Source: an uncultured Ignavibacteria bacterium (GTDB lineage: Bacteria > Zixibacteria > MSB-5A5 > WJJR01). From it: 64,000 nucleotides of DNA. The translations under genes and the position numbers were made by a program. Positions 47,567 through 57,454 of the stretch are shown here, one piece after another (positions within the stretch are counted from its first letter, which is position 1; each line of letters opens with the position of its first letter). Location: positions 197,034-261,033 of the forward strand of contig CAYJMP010000002.1 of the NCBI GenBank assembly GCA_964371625.1, in the 5' to 3' direction. Below the pieces are notes generated by a model. That model had not been told where the DNA came from. It ran no database searches and worked only from the letters and a program-made list of their open reading frames with translations.

Positions 47567-49198
47567 TTAGAATTGCAGGCTCATTCCCGCTTCCAACCTG
47601 TGCCCGCGCGTGTCGTCCCCGCCACTCAACTGACCGAGAGCATTGAGCGCGAGTGCCTGGGTAATTCCAACCCGGACTGTCAGATCCGCGCGTCGATTCA
47701 GACGGGCGTCGGAATTGCCTGCGAGAGTGTAACTGTACAGTCCCGCGCCAAGGCTGATCCAGTCGCGTTGACCAACACCCTGTCCCAAGGATGCGTTGAG
47801 ATTGTAACCGGAGGTGGCATCGCTCACGAAACGGACCCCCTGCACGCTGAAACTGCTCTTGGGGTTGAAAAGACCCTGCTTGCGCACGGCGCCATTGTAT
47901 GAGGTTGTCCGGTCCTGCTCTCCTTCCACTGAACGCACACCCGCACCGGCGGACAGATAGATCCCTTCCGGCAAGGCAAGATCGAATTGCGTCCGGACAC
48001 CCTGACGCACACGATCATCAAAGATGCTGTCGGCGATATCACGCGTCTCGTAGGTCCGGTAGCTCTTACGTGTGTCGTAGGACACCGACGCGGTGAGACT
48101 GCGCGTGAGATTCACCCGCCCCTGTGCGTAGATCGTCGAGAGACTGATTGACTGACTGTTTTCACTCTTGCGCCAGCCGCGATTGACATCAAGCTCGAGG
48201 CTGTGACTGAGGTTCCAACGGCCATTGCGTGCCATGCGGCCTTGGGCGAACAGCGCCTCGCGGCTCGCCGTCCCGCCATGGTACTGCCCGACGACGGAAA
48301 ACGTCTGATCCAGCAGGAAGTCGCGCGCCGACCCGCGCCGGTAACCAGCATACGCGCCGTAAGTCTGAAGATTCGGGCGATTCTCTGCGTACTGCCATTG
48401 CGAATTGGCTCCACCGAAAATCCCGATGCGCGCGAATTGCGAAACACGATACTCAATGGAACCGCCATCCAGCCGGCCGATGGCGCCCACGCGTGCTGGA
48501 TTGATTCGACCCATCGACATCCCTGCCCGCGAACCTTCGGGTTTGTACTCCAAAACGAAAGTCGCAATGCGACTCTCCCAAGAGTTCTCACGACCATCAT
48601 CACTGGGAACAACACGGCGATCCCGTCTCCCCGACGTTCGAAGGGCGAATGACAGCCCCGGCGTCCAGAGTGGCTCGACGCGGAGATCGATATCGACCCG
48701 CCCCTGGCCGAAATCCAGCCCGGCATCGCTGTGATCGTCCCAGTTGCTGTACATCATCGCAATTGAGCCAGATGCCTCCGGATGGATCGCCGGACCATCA
48801 TTGACGCGGGATTCGACGGGATCTACTCGTTGAATCTGGGAGAGCGCTTCTGCGGTTGACTGGGGAGCTGGTTCGGAGGTATCTGGCACGGCACGAAGCT
48901 CAACGTTGAGCTTGACGACATCACCTACCGATAGACTCACAACGGGTTCAGGCATCCGGCACGCCGAAGAGTGTTCTGCCAGATGGAGCACCTCGAGTTC
49001 GGCGATTTTCTGATCGTCACGGAATACCACGGGTCTCGCCCCGACAAACAGTCCTTCCGCCCTGCCCCCATTCAGATACACCAGGTCCGCGGAAACAAAT
49101 GTCACCTTGAGCACACGCTCGATGGTTTCCGCGCAGACCACAGACGCAGACAACAGGAGTATCGCGACGCAAATCGAGACGGCGACAAGAGATCTCAC
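47567..49198 (-). CDS. Outer-membrane beta-barrel protein (putative porin partner of the cytochromes)
   Basis: Signal peptide; alternating aromatic/hydrophilic beta-strand pattern; C-terminal ...GMSLQF with terminal Phe; GTG start overlaps cytochrome stop (GTGA). Confidence 0.6.
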   Translation of the reverse strand: MRSLVAVSICVAILLLSASVVCAETIERVLKVTFVSADLVYLNGGRAEGLFVGARPVVFRDDQKIAELEVLHLAEHSSACRMPEPVVSLSVGDVVKLNVELRAVPDTSEPAPQSTAEALSQIQRVDPVESRVNDGPAIHPEASGSIAMMYSNWDDHSDAGLDFGQGRVDIDLRVEPLWTPGLSFALRTSGRRDRRVVPSDDGRENSWESRIATFVLEYKPEGSRAGMSMGRINPARVGAIGRLDGGSIEYRVSQFARIGIFGGANSQWQYAENRPNLQTYGAYAGYRRGSARDFLLDQTFSVVGQYHGGTASREALFAQGRMARNGRWNLSHSLELDVNRGWRKSENSQSISLSTIYAQGRVNLTRSLTASVSYDTRKSYRTYETRDIADSIFDDRVRQGVRTQFDLALPEGIYLSAGAGVRSVEGEQDRTTSYNGAVRKQGLFNPKSSFSVQGVRFVSDATSGYNLNASLGQGVGQRDWISLGAGLYSYTLAGNSDARLNRRADLTVRVGITQALALNALGQLSGGDDTRGHRLEAGMSLQF

Positions 49199-52100
49199 TC
49201 GTCCCCCCGCGGGTGGCAGCTATAACACGCTGCGCTGAGGTACTGATACCCGTTTACTTCGTTGTGGTCGTCGTCCGTGTCAGTCCTGTTGTGCTCGTGG
49301 CAGAGGATGCACTCGAAGGTGGCGAAACTGGCCGAGTTGACGTGGCAGTCGGCGCAGTCATTCCACTTGTCTTTGTGTTTACCTGAGTAGATCGGGAAGT
49401 ATTGCGAATCGTGATTCCAATTGGCCGGAGTCCAGGCGGTCGTCGTATGGCATGTCTGGCACGTTGTCGGAAATCCTGCCGCCGCGTGATCGGGCGTCGC
49501 CGTGCTGTAATCGCTGCTGTGGCAGGCGAAGCACTCCGAGGACGTCCCGCTGTACCCTGATGCGTGGCAACTGTTGCACGTCACGGTCCGATGCGCACCG
49601 GTCAGCGGGAACCCCGTCTGATTGTGATCATAGGTCGCGGGTGTCCATGCGGTCGTCGTATGACACACTGTGCACTGAGTCGAGAAACCCGCGGTCACGT
49701 GATTGGGATCGGTGACACCGGTGTAATCGCTTTCATGACACGCCAGACATGCGGTCGGAGTGCCTGAGTACCCGATCGAGTGGCAGCTGTTGCATGTCAC
49801 CGTGATATGCGCGCCGGTCAATGGGAACGCGGACTGATTGTGATCGAATGACGCCGGTGTCCAGCCGCTCGTTGTGTGACACTGTTCGCAGAGTGTCGGG
49901 AAACCCGAGCTGACGTGATTCGGATCACTCGCTCCGGTGAAATCATCATGATGACAAGCATCGCATGCCGATGGCGTCCCGGTGTATCCCGCTGCGTGAC
50001 AGCTCGCGCAGGTCGTCGATGTGTGCGCTCCCGTCAACGGAAATCCGCTCAGGTTGTGATCGAAGGACGATGGTGTCCAAGCCGTCGTCGTGTGACACTG
50101 CTCACAGAGAGTTGGAAATCCCCCGGTGACGTGATTGGGGTCGGTGACTCCCGAATAATCACTCGAGTGGCAGGCGTAACACGCAGATGATGTTCCCGCG
50201 AATCCGGTTGAATGACAGCTGTTGCAGGTCACGCTCTGATGCGCTCCGGTCAGCGTGAATCCGGTCTGCGTGTGTGACCACGTCGATGGGTCCCAACTCG
50301 ACGTGTTGTGGCATTGCGTGCAGGTGGTCGAGAACCCCGCCGCCGTGTGATTGGGATCGGTGACGCCAGTGAAGTCGGCATGATGGCAGGCATCGCACTC
50401 GGTTGGTGTTCCCGTATATCCACTCGCGTGGCAACTGACGCATGTGACCGAGCGATGTGCTCCGGTCAACGCGAATCCACTGAGATTGTGATCGAAGGAT
50501 GATGGTGTCCACGCCGTCGTCGTGTGGCATTGCTCACAGAGTGTGGGGAATCCTCCGGAGACGTGGTTGGGGTCGGTGACCCCGGTGTAGTCGCTTGCGT
50601 GACAGGCGTAGCACGCCGCGGCAGTCCCCGCGAAGCCGGTGGAATGACAACTGTTACACGTGACACTTTGATGTGCTCCGGTCAGTGTGAACCCGGTTTG
50701 CGTATGCGACCAACTCGACGGGTCCCAATTCGACGTGCTATGGCACTGCACGCAGTTCGTGGAGAATGCCGCCAATGAGTGATTGGGATCGGACGCGCCG
50801 GTGAAATCACTGTGGTGACAGGCATCGCACTGCGTCGGTGTCCCGGTGTACCCACTCGCGTGACACTTGACGCATGTGATCGTCCGGTGTGCACCGGTCA
50901 GGGCGAATCCGGTTAAGTTATGATCCAATGTCGCAGGCGTCCAGCCGGCGGAAGTATGGCATTGGGCACAGGCTGTTGAGAATCCTGCGCTGATGTGATT
51001 CGGGTCGATCACGGCCAGGTAATCGGCGTGATGGCAGGCATCGCATTGCGTTGGTGTGCCCGCATACCCGGATGTATGACAGCTCGCACAGGAAACCGCG
51101 GTGTGTAGTCCTGTCAGTGCAAAACCTGTGGTGCTGTGGTTGAAAGTCGCCGGCTCCCAGGCAGACGTTCCATGGCATTGCGCGCAGTCGGTCGGAAAAC
51201 CCGAATGAGAGGGATCGTCCGCTTGCGTGAAATCGGTCTCATGGCAGGCGATGCACGCCGAGGCTGTCCCCGTGTACCCGGTCGTGTGGCATTGATTGCA
51301 CGCCACCGCCAAGTGCGCGCCGGTCAATGGGAATCCGGTCAGGTTATGATCGAGAGTCGCCGGCTCCCATGCCGCGGTTGTGTGGCATTGTGTGCATTCG
51401 GTCGGAAACCCGTTCGCTGCGTGACCCGGGTCGTCCGTGTTGGTGTAATCGGATTCATGGCAAGCGAAGCAGGCCGACGGTGTCCCGGTATACCCTGAGG
51501 CATGGCAATTATTACAGCTGACAGAGACGTGAGCGCCCGTGAGCGGGAATCCTGTCAGATTGTGATCGAGAGTGGCAGGAGTCCACGCCGTCGTGGTGTG
51601 GCACTGAGTGCACTCGGTTCCAAAACCGGCCGCCACGTGGTCCGGATCATCGACACCTGTGTAATCCGGCTCATGACAGGCGAGGCAGGCTGACGGTGTA
51701 CCCGTGAATCCCGAGGTATGGCAATTGTTGCATGAGACAGCGATATGGGCGCCAGTCAACGGGAAGTCGGATAGATTGTGATCCCAATCGGCCGTCTCCC
51801 ACGCCGACGTCGCGTGACATGTCGCACAGTCTGTAGAGAAATGCGAACCGTCATGATCGGGGTCGGCGGCGCCTGTGTAGTCAGTGGCATGGCAGGCATA
51901 GCATAGAGTCGAAGTTCCGGTGAAACCTGATTGGTGACAATCGTTACAGGCCGCAGCCACATGCGCACCCGTCAACGGGAAATCCGTCAGGTCGTGATCA
52001 ATGTCGGCCGGCTCCCATGCGGATGTCGTGTGACACTCCGCGCACTCGGTGGAGAAATCCGAAGCGACGTGATTGGGATCGACCGCCCCAGTGAAATCAC

Positions 52101-54321
52101 TCTGGTGGCACGCCAGGCATTCCGATGATGTACCGGTGTAGCCCGATGTGTGACAATTCTCGCACGTCACTGAGACATGCGCGCCCGTTAACGGGAAGGC
52201 CGTCAGATCGTGATCGAGATTGGCCGGTTTCCAAGCCGATGTCGTGTGACAGAGGGCGCACTCCGTCGGGAACCCCGCCGCCGCATGATCCGGATCCGGA
52301 GCCGCAGCATAATCGCTGCTGTGGCACGCATTGCATGTCAATTCTGTCCCCGTATATCCACTCGTGTGGCAATTCTCGCAAGTGACGCTCACATGCGCAC
52401 CCGTGAGCGGGAATCCGGTCAGGTTGTGATCGAGATTGGCCGGATCCCACGCCGAAGTGGTATGGCACTGCGCGCATTTTGTCGGGAAGCCGGCGGTGAC
52501 GTGATTGGGATCGGCCGCCAGCATGTAGTCGCTTTCATGGCATGCCACGCACTCGGATTGAGTTCCAGTGTATCCCGAAGCGTGGCAGTTCACACAGGAC
52601 ACTGCCGCGTGCGCGCCCGTCAGTGAGAACCCCGTGAGATCGTGATCAAGATTCGCCGGTGTCCAGGCCTCGGTCGTGTGACATTCCGAGCATTCAGTCG
52701 AGAATCCGGCAGCCGCATGATCCGGGTCGGGTGCGTTGGCATAGTCGTCACCGTGGCATGCGAGGCACGTGGACTGCGCTCCTGTGTACCCGCTGGCGTG
52801 GCAATTCTCGCACGTCACGCTCGCGTGGGCGCCGGTGAGCGGAAATCCCGTGAGATCATGATCGAGATTGGCCGGCCGCCAGCCTGCTGTTGTGTGGCAT
52901 TGCGTGCATTCAGTTGAGAATCCCGCCGTGACGTGGTTGGGATCTGCTGCTGTTGTGTAGTCCCCTTCATGGCAGGCAACACACGCAGTTGCCGTCCCCG
53001 TGAAACCCTCCGAATGGCAATTGTTGCAGGTCACCTCGACATGCACCCCGGTCAGCGGGAACCCAGTCATGTCGTGATCGAGATTCGCCGGAGTCCAACC
53101 GGATGTCGAATGGCACCCGGCGCACTCAGTTGAAAACCCTGCCGCGAGATGGTTCGGATCTGGCGTCGTACTATAATCGTTTTCATGGCAAGCGTAGCAG
53201 TCCGACGACGTGCCAGTATATCCTGATGTATGGCAGTTTTCGCAAGTGACGGCGACGTGTGCCCCGGTGAGCGGGAAATGTGTCAGGTCGTGATCGAGAT
53301 TCGCCGGCGCCCAGTCCTCCGTGCTATGGCAGAGCACACACTCCGTAGGGAATCCGGCCGTCTGGTGATTCGGATCTTCGGCGGTCGCGTAGTCGCTCTC
53401 ATGACAACCCGCACAGGTCGAAGCCGTGCCGGAGAATCCTTCAGTATGGCAACTGTTGCATGTCACCTCGACATGCGCACCCGTGAGCGGAAACGTCGTC
53501 AGATTATGATCGAGTTCGGCCGGAATCCAGGCAACCGTGGTGTGGCACTGGACACACTGTGTCGCAAATCCCGCTGTCACATGGTCCGGGTCGGGTGTCT
53601 CGCGGAACTCAGTTTCATGACAGGCAAAGCAGTCGGTCGAGGTGCCAGCAAATGCGGTCGCATGGCAACTATTGCATGACAAGGCCGCGTGTGCGTTTGT
53701 GAGTGGAAATGTCGCTGGGTGATCGTATACCGCGCTCGCCCAAGTGAGCGCTCCCGCTCCATGACACGACTCGCATTCCTGTGAGAATCCCGCCAAAGCA
53801 TGCTCGGGATTCGTGGCAGCCTGATAGTCGCCACTGTGGCATGAGGCGCATGCCGTCGAAGTCCCCGCGTATTCGCGCGGCATCTGATTCACATGGCAAG
53901 CGCCGCAATCGGCGATGGCGTGCGCGCCGGTAAGCGCGAAGCCCTTCTGCGCATGTTGTTCGAAGACTTCGCGATTGTTCTTCCAGTTTTCCGGGGTGTG
54001 GCAGGTTTGGCACTCGGTCCCTAGCTGGCCGCGATGGACATCGGCGTGGCAATCGGCGCAGGCCGATGCGGTCTCCACAAATTTGAGATCCTGGTGGCAG
54101 GTCGCGCACCGCGTCTTGGCGTGGACTCCAACCAGCGGAAAGCCCGTCTCCCCATGCGCAAATCCCGATGGCTGACGCATGTCCGTCCATGACTTCATCG
54201 TGTGGCACTGCTGACAATCCCAACGAATCTCCCCGTGCGGATTCAGGATCATCGTCTGTGCCGCCACGCTGACACAGAGGAGAGCAACCAGGACAGCTGC
54301 GAGGGCAAGAGTGCGCTTCAT
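49195..54321 (-). CDS. Giant multihaem cytochrome c (~70 CxxCH motifs by manual count)
   Basis: Signal peptide MKRTLALAAVLVALLCVSVAAQ; about 20 tandem ~56-aa modules each carrying three CxxCH; start ATG overlaps upstream cytochrome stop (ATGA at 54318-54321). Confidence 0.85.
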   Translation of the reverse strand: MKRTLALAAVLVALLCVSVAAQTMILNPHGEIRWDCQQCHTMKSWTDMRQPSGFAHGETGFPLVGVHAKTRCATCHQDLKFVETASACADCHADVHRGQLGTECQTCHTPENWKNNREVFEQHAQKGFALTGAHAIADCGACHVNQMPREYAGTSTACASCHSGDYQAATNPEHALAGFSQECESCHGAGALTWASAVYDHPATFPLTNAHAALSCNSCHATAFAGTSTDCFACHETEFRETPDPDHVTAGFATQCVQCHTTVAWIPAELDHNLTTFPLTGAHVEVTCNSCHTEGFSGTASTCAGCHESDYATAEDPNHQTAGFPTECVLCHSTEDWAPANLDHDLTHFPLTGAHVAVTCENCHTSGYTGTSSDCYACHENDYSTTPDPNHLAAGFSTECAGCHSTSGWTPANLDHDMTGFPLTGVHVEVTCNNCHSEGFTGTATACVACHEGDYTTAADPNHVTAGFSTECTQCHTTAGWRPANLDHDLTGFPLTGAHASVTCENCHASGYTGAQSTCLACHGDDYANAPDPDHAAAGFSTECSECHTTEAWTPANLDHDLTGFSLTGAHAAVSCVNCHASGYTGTQSECVACHESDYMLAADPNHVTAGFPTKCAQCHTTSAWDPANLDHNLTGFPLTGAHVSVTCENCHTSGYTGTELTCNACHSSDYAAAPDPDHAAAGFPTECALCHTTSAWKPANLDHDLTAFPLTGAHVSVTCENCHTSGYTGTSSECLACHQSDFTGAVDPNHVASDFSTECAECHTTSAWEPADIDHDLTDFPLTGAHVAAACNDCHQSGFTGTSTLCYACHATDYTGAADPDHDGSHFSTDCATCHATSAWETADWDHNLSDFPLTGAHIAVSCNNCHTSGFTGTPSACLACHEPDYTGVDDPDHVAAGFGTECTQCHTTTAWTPATLDHNLTGFPLTGAHVSVSCNNCHASGYTGTPSACFACHESDYTNTDDPGHAANGFPTECTQCHTTAAWEPATLDHNLTGFPLTGAHLAVACNQCHTTGYTGTASACIACHETDFTQADDPSHSGFPTDCAQCHGTSAWEPATFNHSTTGFALTGLHTAVSCASCHTSGYAGTPTQCDACHHADYLAVIDPNHISAGFSTACAQCHTSAGWTPATLDHNLTGFALTGAHRTITCVKCHASGYTGTPTQCDACHHSDFTGASDPNHSLAAFSTNCVQCHSTSNWDPSSWSHTQTGFTLTGAHQSVTCNSCHSTGFAGTAAACYACHASDYTGVTDPNHVSGGFPTLCEQCHTTTAWTPSSFDHNLSGFALTGAHRSVTCVSCHASGYTGTPTECDACHHADFTGVTDPNHTAAGFSTTCTQCHNTSSWDPSTWSHTQTGFTLTGAHQSVTCNSCHSTGFAGTSSACYACHSSDYSGVTDPNHVTGGFPTLCEQCHTTTAWTPSSFDHNLSGFPLTGAHTSTTCASCHAAGYTGTPSACDACHHDDFTGASDPNHVSSGFPTLCEQCHTTSGWTPASFDHNQSAFPLTGAHITVTCNSCHSIGYSGTPTACLACHESDYTGVTDPNHVTAGFSTQCTVCHTTTAWTPATYDHNQTGFPLTGAHRTVTCNSCHASGYSGTSSECFACHSSDYSTATPDHAAAGFPTTCQTCHTTTAWTPANWNHDSQYFPIYSGKHKDKWNDCADCHVNSASFATFECILCHEHNRTDTDDDHNEVNGYQYLSAACYSCHPRGDE

Positions 54322-56003
54322 GGCGTCGCCCCCTTGGCTGTCACACTGTCTGTCCCGTGGCAGGCGCGACAACTCCTGTCATCAATATGATAGTCCACAA
54401 ACGCGAAAGCGGCGTCCTGGGTGGGCTTATGACAGCCAGCGCAAGGCACCTTGGCGTGCGCGCCGTCGAGCGGGTATTCAGTTAGCTTGTTGTGATCAAA
54501 GAGCGTGGCCTGCCAATTTGAAGGCGTGTGGCAGCGGTCGCATCGGATTTGTGGCACCGTATCGGCAACCGCAAACTGACCACGGTGCACATCGCGGTGG
54601 CACATCTCGCAATCACGACGCAACGGTGCGAACGCAAGCCGGGCAATGTCCACGGCATTCGAATCGCCGCGGTGGCATGATGCGCAATTGACAGACGCAT
54701 GCTTTCCCGTCAAGGCGAAACCAGTGCTGTCGTGCGCAAACACAACCGCGGACCAGCTTGCTTCCGAATGACATTCTTGGCACCCGGAGCGCTCGACGAT
54801 CCGTGCTAACTGACCCTTGTGGACATCCTTGTGACAATCCTGACAGCGCATTGACGACCACGTGTAATGCCCCTCACGCGCCACCATGTTTCCTTTAGCA
54901 TCGCCATGGCACTGAACACACGGCAAGGCCAAGTGCGCCTGGCGTAACGTGAATCGCGTGGCCTTATGTTGTTCGATGGTGAATTGTGCAGGCATATACC
55001 CGGCGACAGTGTGGCACTCTTCACACGCGCCGCCCTGCGCCCGGTCGGCGAACTCGCCTTTGTGATGGTCCTGATGACAATCACGACAGGCTTGGAATTT
55101 CAGGCCGCTCTTGGGTTTGCCAGCCGCATGGCATTTGTCGCAGGCAACTATCCTGTGACGTCCTTCCAGCGGATAACGGGTTTTGCTGTGATCGAATCCC
55201 GCTTGCTCCGCGACCTGCCACCCTGTCGTCGTATGGCATCCCTCGCACCGCGATCCGAGACGCCCCGCGTGGGAATCCTTATGGCAGTTGCTGCAATTCT
55301 CGTGTCGCACATTGGCAAAACGCGAGTACTCGTGATCGGTCGTCGAACTCGGATCTTCGACTTTCTGATGACATTTGGCGCAGGCCGTCGTCTCGTGGCG
55401 GCCGGTCAGAACGAACTTCGTCCGGTCATGATCGAACCCAGGCGCCGGTGACCATCCCTCAAATGTGTGACAGCGATTACAGTCCGAAGCCAGCTGGCCA
55501 CGGTGCTCGTCGAAATGACAGGACGCACAACTCGTATCCAAACCGAGGTAAGTCTTGGAGAGGTCTTTCTGTCGGAGTCGGAGCTGCTCGCTATCCCGAT
55601 TGAAGTCGGTCTTGTGGCAGGCACGGCACGTCGTCTTCGCATGCTTTCCTTGAAGCGGGTAGCCTGCAAGTTGGTGATCGAAACCCTTTTCACCGGCCTT
55701 CCAGTAGATCAAGTCGAAATCACGCCCATGGTGTTCCACGTGGCAGTTCTCACATTCCCGATACTCGGCCTGCGCGTGCAACCCGCGTCCGCGATCGATG
55801 CGCGCCTGCATCTCGGTGTGACAGCTGAGACACTTGCCGTGCATCTGATCCGAATCCCGATCATGGCACTTGTTGCAGTTCTCGACACCGTCCAAAAAGG
55901 CGTGGGAACGATGCAGATCGCCCGGCGACAGTTGCGCGTTCGCTCTTTGGCAGAGTGTGGCCATCATGATAAATCCGACGATCTGTGCCAGCCCGCGAGG
56001 CAT
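54318..56003 (-). CDS. Multihaem cytochrome c (~20 CxxCH motifs)
   Basis: Internal ATG with signal peptide MPRGLAQIVGFIMMATLCQRANA; about 20 CxxCH counted. Confidence 0.85.
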   Translation of the reverse strand: MPRGLAQIVGFIMMATLCQRANAQLSPGDLHRSHAFLDGVENCNKCHDRDSDQMHGKCLSCHTEMQARIDRGRGLHAQAEYRECENCHVEHHGRDFDLIYWKAGEKGFDHQLAGYPLQGKHAKTTCRACHKTDFNRDSEQLRLRQKDLSKTYLGLDTSCASCHFDEHRGQLASDCNRCHTFEGWSPAPGFDHDRTKFVLTGRHETTACAKCHQKVEDPSSTTDHEYSRFANVRHENCSNCHKDSHAGRLGSRCEGCHTTTGWQVAEQAGFDHSKTRYPLEGRHRIVACDKCHAAGKPKSGLKFQACRDCHQDHHKGEFADRAQGGACEECHTVAGYMPAQFTIEQHKATRFTLRQAHLALPCVQCHGDAKGNMVAREGHYTWSSMRCQDCHKDVHKGQLARIVERSGCQECHSEASWSAVVFAHDSTGFALTGKHASVNCASCHRGDSNAVDIARLAFAPLRRDCEMCHRDVHRGQFAVADTVPQIRCDRCHTPSNWQATLFDHNKLTEYPLDGAHAKVPCAGCHKPTQDAAFAFVDYHIDDRSCRACHGTDSVTAKGATP

Positions 56004-56011
56004 GATGAAGA

Positions 56012-57034
56012 TCAGGACATCCAGCCATAGCCGGTCCAAACGGCCACGACAATGTGTATTCCCATCACGAGGTACATGACGATCGCGAAGGGTTTGTGGA
56101 ACACGTGCCAGTAATGGAACAACCGCTGCATCTGATGCCACACTTGAATGCGGCGATCCAGGAGCGTGATCTGCGCGACGACGTCATTCAACTGCGAGAT
56201 CTGGTTGTGACTACGTCCCCCGGAATTCGCGGATTCGATGGCTCGGCGACGCCGCAAGAGCTGCTTCAAGTCATCAACGACGATCCACGCGAGCGAACGC
56301 CACGCGCCTTCGCTGGCTTCCACCTCGCGCGATTGCTCCAAGTGCGCTACGGCCGACTCCGAAAGTCCGAATTCCGACTTCAAGACACCGCGCAGGCGAT
56401 TCCGTGATTGATGGACCTCTTCCAACGTCATCTGGTCGCCGCGCAGATTGCGCGGAATCTGAGAATACAGATACCGTCCCAGGACTCCGCTGACGGCAAC
56501 GCAGACCATGGACCAGAAGGCGACGGCCACCAATCCCTGAACTTTGAACGAAGTGTGCAGTACGATCAAAAGCGGCCCGACAACTCCGAAGTAGATGTGG
56601 ACGTCAAGCCAGTATGGAAGTGCGCCCCAGCGCGACAGTCCCTGGAAGCGCTTCCGCACCGTGTACCCGAGCATCAGCACCATCATTGATGCGCCGACGA
56701 TACCAAAGAGCAACCCGCGTGATCCGGCGGGACGCAGCTCGCGATAATCGGCGTGATGCGGACGCTCCGCATACGGAGTGGAATAATACGAGTACCCGTC
56801 GAGGAAGAGCGCCAGCCAGATCGCAATCGAGACCGTGTACGCGATAGTCTTCCAGCGAAGCCGCCGACGCGCATTGTGGACAGAAGTTGTCTCGCCCTTT
56901 TCCGCCAGTGGAGCCGACGGAAATGTGGTCACTTCTTGTACAACTTCCGAGTTCAACCCCTGCACAGGCAGTCCCCTGAATGGCTGTGGACAATCGGAGT
57001 CACCGTCGACGGTGACAACACCCGGACACCACAT
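56012..57034 (-). CDS. Integral membrane protein, possible dihaem cytochrome b-type subunit; start uncertain
   Basis: Four or more TM helices with paired His (LDVHIYFGVVGPLLIVLHTSF; HYWHVFHKPFAIVMYLVMGIHIV); 8 bp upstream of the 20-haem cytochrome. Confidence 0.45.
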   Translation of the reverse strand: MWCPGVVTVDGDSDCPQPFRGLPVQGLNSEVVQEVTTFPSAPLAEKGETTSVHNARRRLRWKTIAYTVSIAIWLALFLDGYSYYSTPYAERPHHADYRELRPAGSRGLLFGIVGASMMVLMLGYTVRKRFQGLSRWGALPYWLDVHIYFGVVGPLLIVLHTSFKVQGLVAVAFWSMVCVAVSGVLGRYLYSQIPRNLRGDQMTLEEVHQSRNRLRGVLKSEFGLSESAVAHLEQSREVEASEGAWRSLAWIVVDDLKQLLRRRRAIESANSGGRSHNQISQLNDVVAQITLLDRRIQVWHQMQRLFHYWHVFHKPFAIVMYLVMGIHIVVAVWTGYGWMS

Positions 57035-57390
57035 CTCTCACTGCTCTTAAGACGACGCGCCCGCCCCTGATAAGAGTACATCGGCCCTATCAATACTAAA
57101 ATTGAGCCGTTTCGCGTGCGAACAGGCAAAGGCATTCGAGCTTGCGCGCAGAGTTCCTTGCGGCAAACCCTACCTTTGTTTCTTCTATGAGTAAATCCGT
57201 CCGATTTCGAGCCGTCCCAGATGCCGAGATTTTGTGAGAGTGACGGCGACCGGCTCGATTCAGCGTGACTCCAAGGTATTGCCCCCCGAGGAATCAAACC
57301 CACGCGTGTTACACCAATCTGTCAGACCCGGTTCCAGACAGCAAGGCCGATTCCGCGAAAAACCAGACTTAAAGCGAATGCGATCGCCGC

Positions 57391-57430
57391 GTTGAAATGG
57401 AAAGGGCCCGCGAGAAATCCCCGCGGGCCC
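57391..57430 (-). terminator. Terminator hairpin after giant adhesin gene
   Basis: gggcccgcg / cgcgggccc 9-bp stem; U-rich tract follows on minus strand. Confidence 0.5.
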
Positions 57431-57454
57431 TTTTAACTACCGGTGAAAACTATG

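Noticed and set aside
49195-54372. Dozens of 60-170-aa ORFs on the plus strand and in other frames inside the giant cytochrome gene (for example 49876..50190, 52210..52626, 53230..53679)
   Set aside because: They lie antisense or out of frame within a gene whose CxxCH periodicity unambiguously defines the coding frame; high GC and tandem repeats generate long spurious ORFs.
57270-57345. tRNA-like fragment (T-loop-like ggtttgattcc on minus strand) in the intergenic region upstream of the membrane-protein gene
   Set aside because: No complete cloverleaf, no matching acceptor stem or CCA context could be built by eye; at most a tRNA remnant or chance similarity.
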